DNA of 61,525 bases, counting the filler, from Trypethelium eluteriae (Eukaryota): NCBI GenBank assembly GCA_051942245.1. It is 3 parts of 3 records of this genome, joined end to end, with 100 filler letters (N's around TTAATTAATTAA, not from the genome) between each part and the next. Parts side by side here need not be neighbours in the genome. Positions count along the whole stretch, not along the records: positions 1 to 20,514 come from JAVECL010000496.1; positions 20,615 to 41,030 come from JAVECL010000498.1; 1 more part is not named here. One strand, written 5' to 3'. The notes beneath the pieces are model-generated. The model worked only from the letters and a program-made list of their open reading frames with translations, made no database searches and was not told the origin of the DNA. A program made the position numbers and the translations under genes. The stretch's first letter is position 1. Each line of letters opens with the position of its first letter. Of this stretch, positions 12,949 through 24,571 are shown piece after piece.

Positions 12949-15900
12949 TCAAGTCTGAATTTTTCTCTCCTTCTCGACCGGCTTCAGCTCATGAGATTGT
13001 TCACCCTTGGGACGGGATAAGAAATGCTTGAACTCTTCGCGCCTCTTCTTGCGACTTGGACTCATTGAATCTCCCATTTCATGACTTCCGGGGCTGATGT
13101 CATCAGCTTCGAGCGTTGAGTCGGGTTTTTTGACCCCCAGATGACTAGCAAGTCGGTCAAGACGACTCTTGGTAGGTGATCGGCTCGGCTTCGACGGCGG
13201 AGACTTGGGCAATTTTGCGTGCCAAGGTGAGCGTTTGGTTGGTGAATCGGTACTCTTTGCAGGTGGGGTCGGCACTTTTTCTACGGTATCAGAAATAGGC
13301 TCGGTAGGCAAGTTTGTGAGTGCCCCGGTCTGATTGCTCTCTTCAGCCGCATTGACGATTGCCTTGTCTGTAGCACCGTCATGCTGAGGTAGACTTTGGG
13401 CCCAGTTGCACGGTGCTGGTTGGTAGGTGCGGTTCATAGGCAGGGAGATGTTGCGGCTGCGATTCTCTCCAAGGCTGCCGCCCGGCGATTTGAATCCTTG
13501 ACCGACTGAAGTAACACGAGTGGGAATTGTCTCCATTACTGGTTGAGGCTTGTCAGCCTTGTCGCTCCTCTCGAAGCTCTGAATCTGATTACCAGAGAAT
13601 TGCTTTGTCAGAGGAGCGCTAAACTGTGCCGAAGGAGATCTCGTGTCTGATTTTTCCACCTCTTGTGTGGCACCAGCGGCTGGAGGTGATGTTGAATTTT
13701 CTTTGAGTTCGACTGTGGAATTGTGGCGGGCGCCTTCATGGGCCGCATTGCTTGAAAGATCCTCAACGCCATTGTCCGTACTCTTCGAGCGGTTCTTACG
13801 CAGGGCAGCTTGTAGCTCTGCAAAATGTTGTAATCCAGCGATATAACCCTCCAGGACTTCTCCGTCCTCGTCTTTTCCCAGAGGCAAACGATGTAAACCA
13901 GAATAGTAGCCCTCACAATAACCCTGGGAGAAACCTCTTGGTTTGGACTCTTCGGAAGCTCTACTGGACACTGCGCTGGCGGCAGGGGTGACCTTTGAGA
14001 TCTTCCGAGGAGACGTAGTTTCGTTGGGTACATTTTGATCACCTACCGGACCTGAGAATCTTGCCTTTGGACTCATGTTGTTCTCCAGGCGATCCGGAAT
14101 TGGGTCACAAGCAGCATTCCAGGAAGAAACTCTGAAAGAATTTGGCGCAGGAGACGCCGGTGCCTCCGAACTTTGACGGTCGACATGACGAGTTAATGGA
14201 CCTGGGGAAGATCTATTTGGTGTTACCGGCGGTGCTAGGAGTCCCGAATCTGAGGTCTGTCGAGGCCGAATATTCTTGGCAGAGTGCTCCAGGGGGTTGT
14301 TGGGAAAGAAGTCTGCTGTCGACACGCTAGACAAGCTCGGCTTGTGCTGGATTTCGCGGTCCCTAGGGAAGGGGGAGTTTGCTGCATTCATGCTGTCTTG
14401 CCCATCGTTTGGCCAATTGTAGTCTTTGCCCAAGGCTTCTTTGGCATATGGCGACGCCTCCGATTCCTGGCAGACGGGGGAGCTTCTGCGCATGTCATCT
14501 TGAGGTTGATTCATGGGTCTGTAACTTGGACTAATCGAGTCAGCAGATCAAGAAGGCAAAAGCTGTGTGAAGTAGCCAAGTACCTTGTTGGGTCCAGAGG
14601 AGATTTCTGACTATGGACAATCCCCTGCTGAGCACCATCTTGTGGGTTTTTAATTGCAATTGCATGTGAGCGGCGAGGTTCATGAGAGATGTGCGTAGAT
14701 GCTGGAGACTTCGCCGCACTCGTTTCGATCGAACTTGGTCTATCCAATGAGACTGAAGGCACTGTTGCAGGCTCATTTGCTAACGTCGACGTGGGAGCAG
14801 AGAGGCTCCTAGAATTGCATTGGAGACCATTAGGAATCAGGAAGGGTGCAGCAGACGGATCAACCATTTGCGGTTGGGCCTCGACCGGTATTGTTGGTCC
14901 GGCATATTGATTTTGCATTTGCAAGTATTGAAAGTTACCGAACGGTCCAGCAGAGGGTGGAGGCTGGTGGTAAGTGGGCATCTGTGATACTGGAAATCCA
15001 GGACGAGCTGGCTTTGGTAGTGGTTGTCCAAACACCGGCTGAGTCCTTTCGGGCGGTGTAGTGCTAGACTTTGAGTCTTCAGATGTCTTGAGCTTTTTGA
15101 GGCTCACTCGAATCTCATCAAGACGATTTGTAAGTGAGACTTTGCGTGCAACCAGAGCGGCACGTTGCGAGGCGCTAAGTACTCCCTGGTGAATGACCCC
15201 GGCTTGATCAACAGTTCTGAATTCGTCATTGAGCTTTGCCTGCTCCCTTTCAAGCGCTTGTGCTTGTTGTCCTGTTGTGAGAGAGGCAACGCTTCCTGCA
15301 AAGCCCTGAGTAGGTGGACCCATTGGTGCTTGTGGTACTGGAGTTACTGGTGGTCCAAATACAGAACTCCACGGAGGGGGCATGTGTGGGAACTGGTCAT
15401 TGTTCGCGTACGGTGAGAGGCCGCCACATGGAATGGGCATCAAAGGCACACATTGACCGTCGGGTGTAAATCCAAAGAACGGACTGAATGGAAGCACTCC
15501 ACCAGCTGGTATAGGTCTTCCGGGCACCATTGGTGCTGGGATGACTTGGGGTCCCTCGAAAGGGCTGATGTTAATGAAACCTTGCTTGTTAGGTTGACCA
15601 TATCCGAATCGTGGGCTGCAGAGTGGTGTCATGTCGCTTGGCACAATCTTACCTCCAGCAGTCACGCGAAGCCCTGGTGGTGATCCATGCTCTTTCAGAA
15701 GCCTTTCGGCTTTGCCACGCTTGATTGATGGCGTTGGCGAATACTTCGCATTGCCAAATCGTCCATTCTGCGGCCTGACAAACTGAGGTGCTTCGGTCCG
15801 GTTATTCTCCTGCCTCAGCGAGTTTCTCGAGGTGAAGGATGAGGAATTTCTCAGGACATGTTCTGATGAAGATTGTGCAATCAGCCACTCAAGTCAGGGA

Positions 15901-16269
15901 ACAATTCTGCTTTTGTTTCAAATGCCTCTGCTATAGAGATGGCTGATAACGGAGACGTTTCTGATCGTGCGAAGCTGGCATGGAGGTGTTGGTTTCGGAG
16001 GTATAAGGAAATCACGGGTATGGATATCAAGTCTGAAATTTGACGGGCAGGGAAAGGTTATGATGTTCAATGTAGGCGTCCGACGGCTAGCATGGACAGC
16101 TCTTTGGAGAGATAGAGGATGTGCAGTAGGTTGGTCTGCCGTGATGATTGGGGAGAGACTTCATACCTTTGACAACTTCTTCTTTCACAGCTTTCTCCAA
16201 GGCAATTGTAGACTCCGATGCAGAAGTGCGCAGTCGACGCAGCTCTGCAATATTGTACGCAGGCGCCAT
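12949..16269 (-). CDS. Conserved-looking hypothetical Pro/Ser-rich protein (~1000 aa) with a coiled coil; exons about 16269-16167, 15862-14584 and 14530-12949
   Basis: MAPAYNIAELRRLRTSASES...EEVVK|EHVLR via GTATGA..GCTGAT..CAG. Motif SPTPSIKRGKAERLLKEHGSPPGLRVTAGGKIVP. Coiled coil LEREQAKLNDEFRTVD...LTNRLDEIRVSLKKL. A second GT-AG intron joins the 521-aa ORF. Confidence 0.75.
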
Positions 16270-17087
16270 TGGCCTCAGCGGTGAACCTCGCGTCACACCA
16301 AAGCAGCAAGTCCGTATACGTGACAGAGTAACCCGAAGCGTGAGAAGCGATGGGATCTACTAAGATAATTAAGTGTCAGTGTTCATCAGACAGAGTTGAA
16401 GTGTGTTGGTACGCACTTTGGGTGTTACAAACTACTCGAGAGACCAAAAACGCCCGATACAAGGCCAAAAAGGAGAGCCAGCGACGTCGACCGTGAACGC
16501 CTTGATTATGCAAGCGCAGAAAAGCGAGCGGCAATTTTGGATGTGAAATGGAGTGGAATGACTGTGACGGATTGTAACGTGCTTGGGAAGATGGAAAGGA
16601 CTGAAAAGCCGACTAGAACATGTCAACATGATGCTCGACTGGTCTTGCCGCGCATTCGAGGAACACCAGTGGCAAGGGATCCGCGTGTGTGACTTCCACG
16701 AGAATTGTGAAAAGGCGAGGTACGTTAATTATCGGGAAGTGAACAAGACGGGACAAAGGCATACTGTGGCGGTAATGCTTTCCTGCCGCGAAGATCTTTT
16801 GAGAAGTCGCGAGGCAGGGACCTTCCTATTTTTCGAGACCAGATCTTAACCGACCTAGTTTGTCTGTGATTAAGTAGCACTCAGTGCTTAAGTCTCAGCA
16901 ATTCTGAAGACTTCTGAAGCAATCATAAGAGAGTTTGAGCAATCATAGTCTCTAATGTACAGCTTGGATCAGATACCTCAGGTAGGTAAGCAGGCCTCAG
17001 CCGAAAACGTTCACCGTGCGCCATGCTCGCTAGAATATGCAACAGCTACGATGCACTTAATATGCGCACCTTGCTCACAAAAAAGTC

Positions 17088-19444
17088 TCAATTCCTTATC
17101 CGAGTGGACCTTGATGGTGCTGGTTCAAAGGCATCATCGTCATCGGATATTTCGTCCTCGCTCTATGGATTCAGTGTTAGTAGTCGGATCATTCAAATGT
17201 TTCTAGAGATATTCTTACTGGCTCTTGCACCTTTCTAGCCCGACTATTGGTCTGACGTGTCTGCGTTGCAGGCTGAGAGAAAGTCAAGGTCGTTTGCCTA
17301 CCAGCCGCTGACCTCGAAGAGGAAGGCACGGTAGCTCGAGAAGTAGACGCCTTCTTCAGAGGTGAAATGGACCGGTCTGGCGCTGGTTTGGACGATCTTG
17401 CCTTCGATGTGCCATTTGATCCGACAAACAACGAGTTGCCAGCTTTGTTGTTATGGATGTCGTCGTCGTCGTCATCAATCATTAGCACGTCATTGTCCTC
17501 GTCCTTCTCTTCGGCTACGTTCTTTCCACGAACGGCCTTGGCTGTAGTTCCTGTCTTCCGTGTGCTCGCTGCAGCTGTGCCTTTGCCTCTGCCGCGGCCC
17601 CTGCCACGACCGCGTGTCGTTGTCGTCTTTGATCTTACGGATTCCCCATTCTCCTCGTCCTCATCTTCGTTTTCAGACCGAACCAGAGCGCCAGCTTCGT
17701 CGGACCAGTGGCCGTCTATATCGCTATCCCAGGTATCTGGTTTAGGCTTGAGCTTGATCTTCTTCCTGAGCTTTACTTGACCCGAAGCGAACAATTGCTC
17801 CATTTTCGACTTCGTCGCACTTATTGCACCTGCCATGTCATCTTCATTGACACCATCTGCTGTCATGAGGTGCTTGATTTGGTGCGTCAAGCTCTCATTG
17901 ACAAACATCTCCATGGCATATTTGTCATCCTTGTCAACAAACTGGCTCACCGCATCACCAAAGCTATTTTGAGGAAGGATCGTAAGCGACTGCGCAGTGA
18001 GAAATTCACGCACAAGTTTCTCGACTTTGACAGCGTCTATGGCCATTTGGGCAAGAACGGACTCTTCTGGTAGTTCCGCTTCGGGTCGCGCGTGTCGATT
18101 TGTGCTGCTTTTCTTTCGATAGAATTGAATCACATCAGTTATGTTGGCCACTTCTTTGTCAAATCGACGAGAAAAGCGCTGAGGGTTCTCGCAGTCAAAC
18201 TTGCCGCCCTCTGGGGCAGTATATTCAACACGAAGGCGGATGAGAGGATGAGGAACATCTTTTTCGTTGACTCTTTCTACTTGTAGAGCTTGCCAGGACT
18301 CGTTGGCTTCGCTGATCAGGTCTTTCACTATCTCACTCAGATAACGCGTTATTTCAGTTCGGTTGTTCTCTTTCTTTGCAATGGCTTTCATGCGCTTCTC
18401 GTCTTGCAGGACGATTTCCTTCATCATGAAGGGTCGAACACTCTTTAATCGGATAGGCTGGCACTCGAACTGTTTGCCGGTAACACTGAGGATCGTAACG
18501 TGTTTCGGAACTGCTTCTCCAGGCATCAGAGATGTCGCAACTGACGATCCAGGCTGAATCACATGGAACCCCATTTCAGGATTATAATGTGGGTCGATGA
18601 GGCATTCATGTTCATGACCCCAGATCACAAGGTCCAGGAACCCGGGTAAAAAATTCTCAGGTAGATATGAAGTTTCCGTGTAGGCATGACGATTCTGATG
18701 AACGCTCATCAAATTGAACCATTCATTCTTCTGTACGCCTGGCTGAAAGAACTTGACTTTGCCATCCCGGAATGTCCTAAACAAGCGCTCGTCTCGTACA
18801 TTGCTCATACCGTACAAAGCGAGCTTGGAGCGACCCTTCTGGAGAAGAACCGGCTTGATGACAATGTTGTCTGACTCTGGCGTCTTTCCGTAGTAGTTGA
18901 CGAGACCTGATACCTGAAGCAAATCTAAAGCTGCAAAATGACCTTCCTGGCTTACATTAGCCATGAAGCTTGTGTGACAAAGCATGCCCAACTTACTCCA
19001 GACGGATCATCATGGTTGCCATGGATGGAGAAGACAGGAATTGCCACGTTGATATCCTCGTCCTCGTAGTTCGCATGAGTAAAAGCGCCTCCGAAGTTCT
19101 CGGAGGCATCGCTCAGCATCTCAAGCGCACAGGGCTTCTCTCCGTAGCAGTTCAACCTCAAGGATCGCATAACTTGATACATGGCCTTACGTGAAGGATT
19201 GTTATCATGAAAGAGATCTCCAGCGAGCAGGACCATGTCAACATCATGCTCTTTGGCCAAGCGCATGATCTCGTCGAAGGTCTGCCAGCTATCGTCTCCG
19301 CGCTTGGCATCGCGTTCACTGTAACCGACATGATTGTCAGTCGAAACCAGTATTCGAATGGTATCTGCATCTATTGACTCCTAACTCAGTTCTTTGTATA
19401 ATTATTCACACCATTTTGATGTTCTTACCATCAGTAGCCTGCAT
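17088..19444 (-). CDS. MRE11: Double-strand break repair nuclease MRE11; 4 exons
   Basis: [22 protein letters not shown] (motif I), [63 protein letters not shown]. Final exon [24 protein letters not shown] ends at 17088. Confidence 0.97.
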
Positions 19445-19708
19445 GGTTAACTAGGTATCCAGAACGATTCGGACACAGTTGGAGTTATGGAGTAACGAGT
19501 CCGAGAGCATGATGACGCGGAAAACCTCCCAGTCGCAAGTGAGGCCTAACCCAGTGCTACAGTGTGATAGCCACGCGAAAAGTCGCGACTGTTGCCTACA
19601 CCCTCACGTGGCGAAAACTGTATCACGTGTCGTAAAAGTACCCCTGCATTTTGCCATTGAATTGACCTCCAGAGCTCGTCCTCACTTCATTGAAGCATCC
19701 AAAATACC
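19445..19708. promoter_or_regulatory. Compact bidirectional promoter between MRE11 and RSM19, with MCB/SCB-like and E-box motifs
   Basis: 264-bp head-to-head spacer. ACGCGG 19515, ACGCGAAA 19573-19580, TCACGTG 19604-19610 and 19623-19629. Confidence 0.45.
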
Positions 19709-20153
19709 ATGTTTCCCACGAGGGTACTTTGCAAAAGATCTGTCTGGAAAGGTATTGATCATCTTGTTTCCTTGTCTTTAGTATGCTAATTGAAGCCAGG
19801 CCCGCACATTGTTCCGTGAGCTCTGAATCCTACTCCATCTCACCCAGCCACCACCTACTTACGACTGTACTTAGTCTACCAATTGTTCGACCCAAACCCG
19901 GCGAACGAGTAGCTCCGATCAAAACTCAAGCACGTGCAGCTACTATACTTCCTAACTTTGTTGGCTTAAGATTCCAAATCCACAACGGAAAAATCTACAA
20001 CGAGGTGACGATTACGGAAGACATGGTAGGACATAAGCTTGGGGAATTTTCGATGTAAGCATTCAATACCGTCAGTTTTGAGGCATGTAAGATTGACGTA
20101 ACTTCCCCAGAACAAGAAAGCGTTTCTCGTATAAGCAAACAAGGAATAAGTAG
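19709..20153 (+). CDS. RSM19: Mitochondrial small-subunit ribosomal protein uS19m; exons 19709-19751, 19800-19815, 19875-20054 and 20111-20153
   Basis: Spliced [94 protein letters not shown]19 signatures RSVWKGP and MVGHKLGEF; canonical splice sites. Confidence 0.95.
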
Positions 20154-20408
20154 GGCATACCCGGCGCTCAAGTCCTTACATTGAATGGAGTCAAATTTGG
20201 GTTGGCACTGTAGCCTACTGTACAATTGATTCATGCATCACGCATTCTATTTCGCCATATCCTAGCACCCATTTTTGCTCTGCGAGCTTCATAGCGCAAC
20301 CTAATTGCAACGCCCAGGAAATGCTTCAAAGTCCTTGCCCTCCTGTCCAGAACGAGAAGTGTCCGCAGTTTAAAAACGCCATCCGATGAATCAGAGCAAG
20401 CCAACCCA

Positions 20409-20514
20409 TCAACGATAAAATTCCCCCCTCCTTACATTGACCCCATACTCTCCAACAGCCATTCCCAAATCCTCCATTGTGAGCACCGTCCTTCCCTGTC
20501 CACCCCCATGACCC
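20409..20514 (-). CDS. TAF10: TFIID/SAGA subunit TAF10, C-terminal fragment (5' part lost in the gap)
   Basis: Minus strand reads [34 protein letters not shown], matching the Taf10 histone-fold C-terminus (VLTxxDLxxAVxEYGxNxxRxxFYR). Confidence 0.88.
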
Positions 20515-20614
20515 NNNNNNNNNNNNNNNNNNNNNNNNNNNNNNNNNNNNNNNNNNNNTTAATTAATTAANNNNNNNNNNNNNNNNNNNNNNNNNNNNNN
20601 NNNNNNNNNNNNNN
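20515..20614. other. Artificial scaffolding linker / assembly gap
   Basis: N44-TTAATTAATTAA-N44, exactly 100 bp with stops in all six frames; identical to the linker at 41031. Confidence 0.97.
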
Positions 20615-22132
20615 CTCTCCCCCTCTTTCCCTCCTACCCACGGCACCAACTCCATCCCTCCCTTTCTCCCCTTCTGCTTGACTCCTCCCCGCCCCAACTC
20701 CCTTCGGCGGTGTTGGCACTTGGCCCGTCACCGCATACTTATGCACCCGATACAGAAACCCCTTGATGACGCCGAACGTGATGAACCGCCGGATATCGAC
20801 GCGGCCGAGCAGCTGCGCGTTCTCGATACACCACGCTTTCACCGTGAGCCCCTGCTTCAGAGATGTATAGAGCGTGAGGAGGGAGTCGAGCGACGGAGCG
20901 CCAGCCCCACCGCCGCCTCCAGCGGTAGACCCGGATATGGAGACCGCGTTGGAGATGTCCGGTGTGCTGGGGCGGGCTGTCTGAGGGATGGACTTGGGTT
21001 TCGTGGAGGAGGGGGGTGAGGGAGTGGTCGGCGAGGAGAGGAGGCAGTGCTCGGAGCTGTGGGAGCGCTGGGGACGCATGCCGACGTCGCTGCGGCTGGA
21101 GTCCGGGAGGGTGACGTACCGGCGGCATTCTTCTTGCATGGTTTCGTCGGTGAGGAAGAGGGAGATTTCGGGAGTCGGGGCGTAGATGGCGGAGAATTGG
21201 AAGATGTCGAGGAGGAGGATGCAGTGGTAGTAGAGGAGATGTTGGATGGCTTTGCGAGTGAGGGTGAAGTCGGTGTCTGCTAGCTGGGAGATGAGGTGGA
21301 CGGAGTTGGTGCCGTTTATATGGGGAATTATCTGGGAAATTGTGAGGTCCCAGGTGGAGGTTTGCAGTGCAGAAAGTCGGACGATGGCGAGTGGGACGTG
21401 CCAGCCGTGGACATGGGGTGGTGGAGCGCGAGGAGGGAAGAGTTTGAGATTCAAAGTATTAGATTGGTCTTGAAACTTCTGTTAGTCTGTATCTCGAAGC
21501 GAAGCGAATTGAATGAGATGATGTGGCCTCACCTATAGGAATCATGCATTCCGAGTAGTTATTCAAGTCCTCCATGATCATCTCGCACAAGGCGTAGACC
21601 CTTCTCGTTGCAGTCTTATGGCCTAGCTCGTGACCAGAATCAGGCCCAGATATTCGAGGACCATCCTCATCTTCTGCCTCCTCCTTGCTTAGAAAGCCTC
21701 CTTGCTCTTCCAAGCTTCTCATGAGTCTAGCTAGTCTTCTTACTACCATCTCCCATGCCGCACTGTCCTCCTTCTCATCCATGACCACCGCGAAGTTGAA
21801 GATGAACTCATTGCGGTCATACTTCAGCTCATCTGTGATGCATACGGGATAACCTATGACTCGATTGTGGTTTACGCAGATAGTGACGAGACAATCGCAG
21901 AACTCTTGGCGGGGAATGATATATTCTGAGATCAAAGAAAAATCAAAAAGTGGCGGATGAACAATCAGCGAAGGATGTGGAGGTACAGAAGAGGGAATTA
22001 TCGAGCCTTCCGGTACTTGATGAACCACTACAGGACCTACACGCTGTCGATGAGCGCTTGCTGGAGAAGGTAAAGAAGCTGGATACAACCTTTTCCTGGA
22101 TGGAAGCGTGTATAAAATATCGCTTTGATCAT
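20615..22132 (-). CDS. NPR2: Nitrogen permease regulator 2 (SEACIT/GATOR1 subunit), 3' end truncated by the gap
   Basis: MIKAIFYTRFHPGK|GPVVVHQVPEGSI, FDFSLISEYIIPRQEFC, KYDRNEFIFNF, MRSLEEQGGFLS, CEMIMEDLNNYSECMIPI|DQSNTLNLKLFP, WDLTISQIIPHINGTNSV, IFQFSAIYAPT, DIRRFITFGVIKGFLYRVHKY. Confidence 0.94.
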
Positions 22133-22560
22133 CTTCCCGATTACCTACGTTAAGTACGCGCAATGATGTCTCAAGTTGCTAACAGCATTCTTGAATATGC
22201 TGTTTTGTCGGGTGAAGCGAGCACAATTGACTTATGAGTTTCGTAACTCCACTCGTACGGAGTACTCTAGCCCGCATCGTCTTTGCAGAGGGCCTCACAA
22301 GCATGACATAGTACTCGGCGAAACTCAAGAATCTGTATGGAAGCATTTGTTACATCGACCTCATTGTACTTGCTTACCTTTCGACAAGCCTCTCGTTGAG
22401 GTTGAGTATGACCAACATTAACCAATTTGAAATTATCTTCAAACACGCGTTTCGAGTACAATTACGATAGCGACGAAAGGCGGCGGTGAGCTTTGTTGTC
22501 ATGACTCTAGTAAGATATTTACAGTATAATTTTCGAAGCGAGGTATCCCTGAATGTCCAG

Positions 22561-24099
22561 CTATCTGTAGTTTGCAACTAAATGCTCAAAGTACTCTCGC
22601 GCCTCAACTAAAGTACACCGATGACCCCCTTGCCGGCTATCTCTATAGTTCTTTGCCAGAATTTGCCACGCATCCTCCGCATCTGCCTGGGCATGTACTT
22701 CGACTGTCACAGTTCGAGGAGAAATATCCAGATCTCTTGGTCCAATGACAACGATGTGATTATAGCCTTTGTTCTTGGCTTCCAAGATTTTCTTTTGCAG
22801 ACTCCGGGCAGATGTATCAATGTCTACCGGGATATGGACTTTGTCAAGCCGGGCCGGCTGAATCTGTTCATTTTCGTAATGACGCAAGCCTGATAATGTC
22901 TGCTGAACATCCTTAGCGTATTGTTTGACATCATCCCTATCGGTCACGGAGAGGATGATGCATGGACGTGGTGCAATCCAGAACGGGAACCGTCCATTGT
23001 AGTGTTCGATTAAGAGCGCCATAAATCGTTCGAGCGATCCAAAGATTGCGCGGTGAATGAGCACTGGACGATCGGTGCCCGATTCTGGCGTATCGTAAGA
23101 CAGCTCGAATCGCTGCGGCAGTTGGAAATCCAGCTGCACAGTTGCGGTCTGGTGCTCCTTCCCGTCCGAGTCTTTCAAAATGATATCAATCTTGGGTCCG
23201 TAAAACGCACCGTCGCCATCATTGATGCTCCATTCGCGACCGCTTGCATCGAGAGCCTCTCGGAGTTGTGCTTCCGCCTTATCCCATTCGTTTACGGTAC
23301 CAATGTAGTGATCTTCGGGACGTGTGGAAAGCACAAGTTTATATGGTCCTAATTTGAAAGTATCATAGACCATACCGATGAAGCGTAACGTGTTTGATAT
23401 CTCTTCCAATATCTGCGAGTTCCTACAGAAGATGTGTCCGTCATCTTGGTGAAAGCGTCGAACGCGAGTTAAGCCGCTCAATGCTCCTGATATCTCGTTG
23501 CGATGCAGAGGACTGAAATCTGCGTAGCGAATCGGCAGGTCTCTATAGCTTCTCTTTTCGGATCCAAACAGTAAGCAATGGCCGGGGCAATTCATAGGCT
23601 TGAGTCCGAATTCTTCGTCTTGATCTTGTTCGGTCGCGGTGTTATTTTTCGTGCCTCTTGCCCCTCGACCCGTCACCTCGTACATATCATCTGCATAGTT
23701 TTCCCAGTGTCCCGACCTCTCCCACAATGACTTCTTGTATATCGTCGGCGTGACCACCTCGCGAAAGCCGAAGAGTGCATATTGTGCTCGGAGGAAAGAG
23801 ACCAGGCGGTTGAAGACGTAGGCGCCATTGGGGAGGAAGAGTGGTGATCCCGGGCTGTAGATAGAGCTCGTAAACAACGAAGAAGAGATTCCTAGCTCGC
23901 GATGGTCTGCAGGAGGCTTCGGAGGACTCTCAGTCGTTGGGTTTAATTTCAATGTTGACGCGTTTCGGGAAGGTTGGGATTTGGTGCATGAGCAGTAGTG
24001 GTTTGTAAGCGCCCATGAGCGCTTCTTACAACCAAGCGCCTGCAATGATAGCGCTACATGCTGGATTCTGCGGATGAATGGCCGTTGAATTGTCAGCAT
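22561..24099 (-). CDS. MST1: Mitochondrial threonyl-tRNA synthetase (class II, no N-terminal editing domain)
   Basis: Arg/Ser-rich presequence. DHRELG, LWERSGHWENY, LKPMNCPGHC, SYRDLPIR, HRNEISGALSGLTRVRRFHQDDGHIFC, GAFYGPKID, QLDFQLPQRF, IHRAIFGSLERF; C-terminal anticodon-binding domain. Confidence 0.93.
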   Translation of the reverse strand: MLTIQRPFIRRIQHVALSLQALGCKKRSWALTNHYCSCTKSQPSRNASTLKLNPTTESPPKPPADHRELGISSSLFTSSIYSPGSPLFLPNGAYVFNRLVSFLRAQYALFGFREVVTPTIYKKSLWERSGHWENYADDMYEVTGRGARGTKNNTATEQDQDEEFGLKPMNCPGHCLLFGSEKRSYRDLPIRYADFSPLHRNEISGALSGLTRVRRFHQDDGHIFCRNSQILEEISNTLRFIGMVYDTFKLGPYKLVLSTRPEDHYIGTVNEWDKAEAQLREALDASGREWSINDGDGAFYGPKIDIILKDSDGKEHQTATVQLDFQLPQRFELSYDTPESGTDRPVLIHRAIFGSLERFMALLIEHYNGRFPFWIAPRPCIILSVTDRDDVKQYAKDVQQTLSGLRHYENEQIQPARLDKVHIPVDIDTSARSLQKKILEAKNKGYNHIVVIGPRDLDISPRTVTVEVHAQADAEDAWQILAKNYRDSRQGGHRCTLVEAREYFEHLVANYR

Positions 24100-24571
24100 C
24101 ACCTCTATCAAGACTAGGTGTATTGGTGATGCCTAGGTGAAAGACTATCAAGGCACGCGCTGGAGGAACGCGTAGACGTCATTCCTTGTTGAGCTTTGGT
24201 TCACCTCGCCAACCCTCACCAATCAATCGATTTAACTTTAAACTGCGTTTGACCGTACGTATCTACTCAAGACTCAGTCACACTCAACGCTCTGCCATGA
24301 CTTTCTTTTCTCACACTTAGTGCCATAACGCTATGACTTCGGGTACTCTCTTCCTCCCAAATCTGCTAATTTCCAGTTCTGGCATAGTTCTTTGTTAAAT
24401 ACAAGTAATCGCCTACCGCTTTGGCGCTCAATTCCTGTTCTCTTCAAATGACATTTTTAGACAGTATTTTGAGCATATTTCGATTGGCACGTTTCCCCAA
24501 TTATTCCCTATCATTGCTTGTTCTTCATTCCAATTCGACGCATTCCCCACCCGCTTGGCTAGGCATCCAAG

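Noticed and set aside
44..19444. TBF1 and MRE11 as a telomere-maintenance cluster
   Set aside because: About 15 kb apart with unrelated genes between and no telomeric repeats; likely coincidence.
20559..20570. TTAATTAATTAA palindrome repeated at 41075-41086
   Set aside because: Synthetic linker centred in N runs; not a biological repeat or TTAA transposon target.
22133..22560. Spliced small ORF between MST1 and NPR2 (GTAAGC donor near 22377)
   Set aside because: The resulting peptide has no recognisable features; more likely a UTR intron or chance signal.
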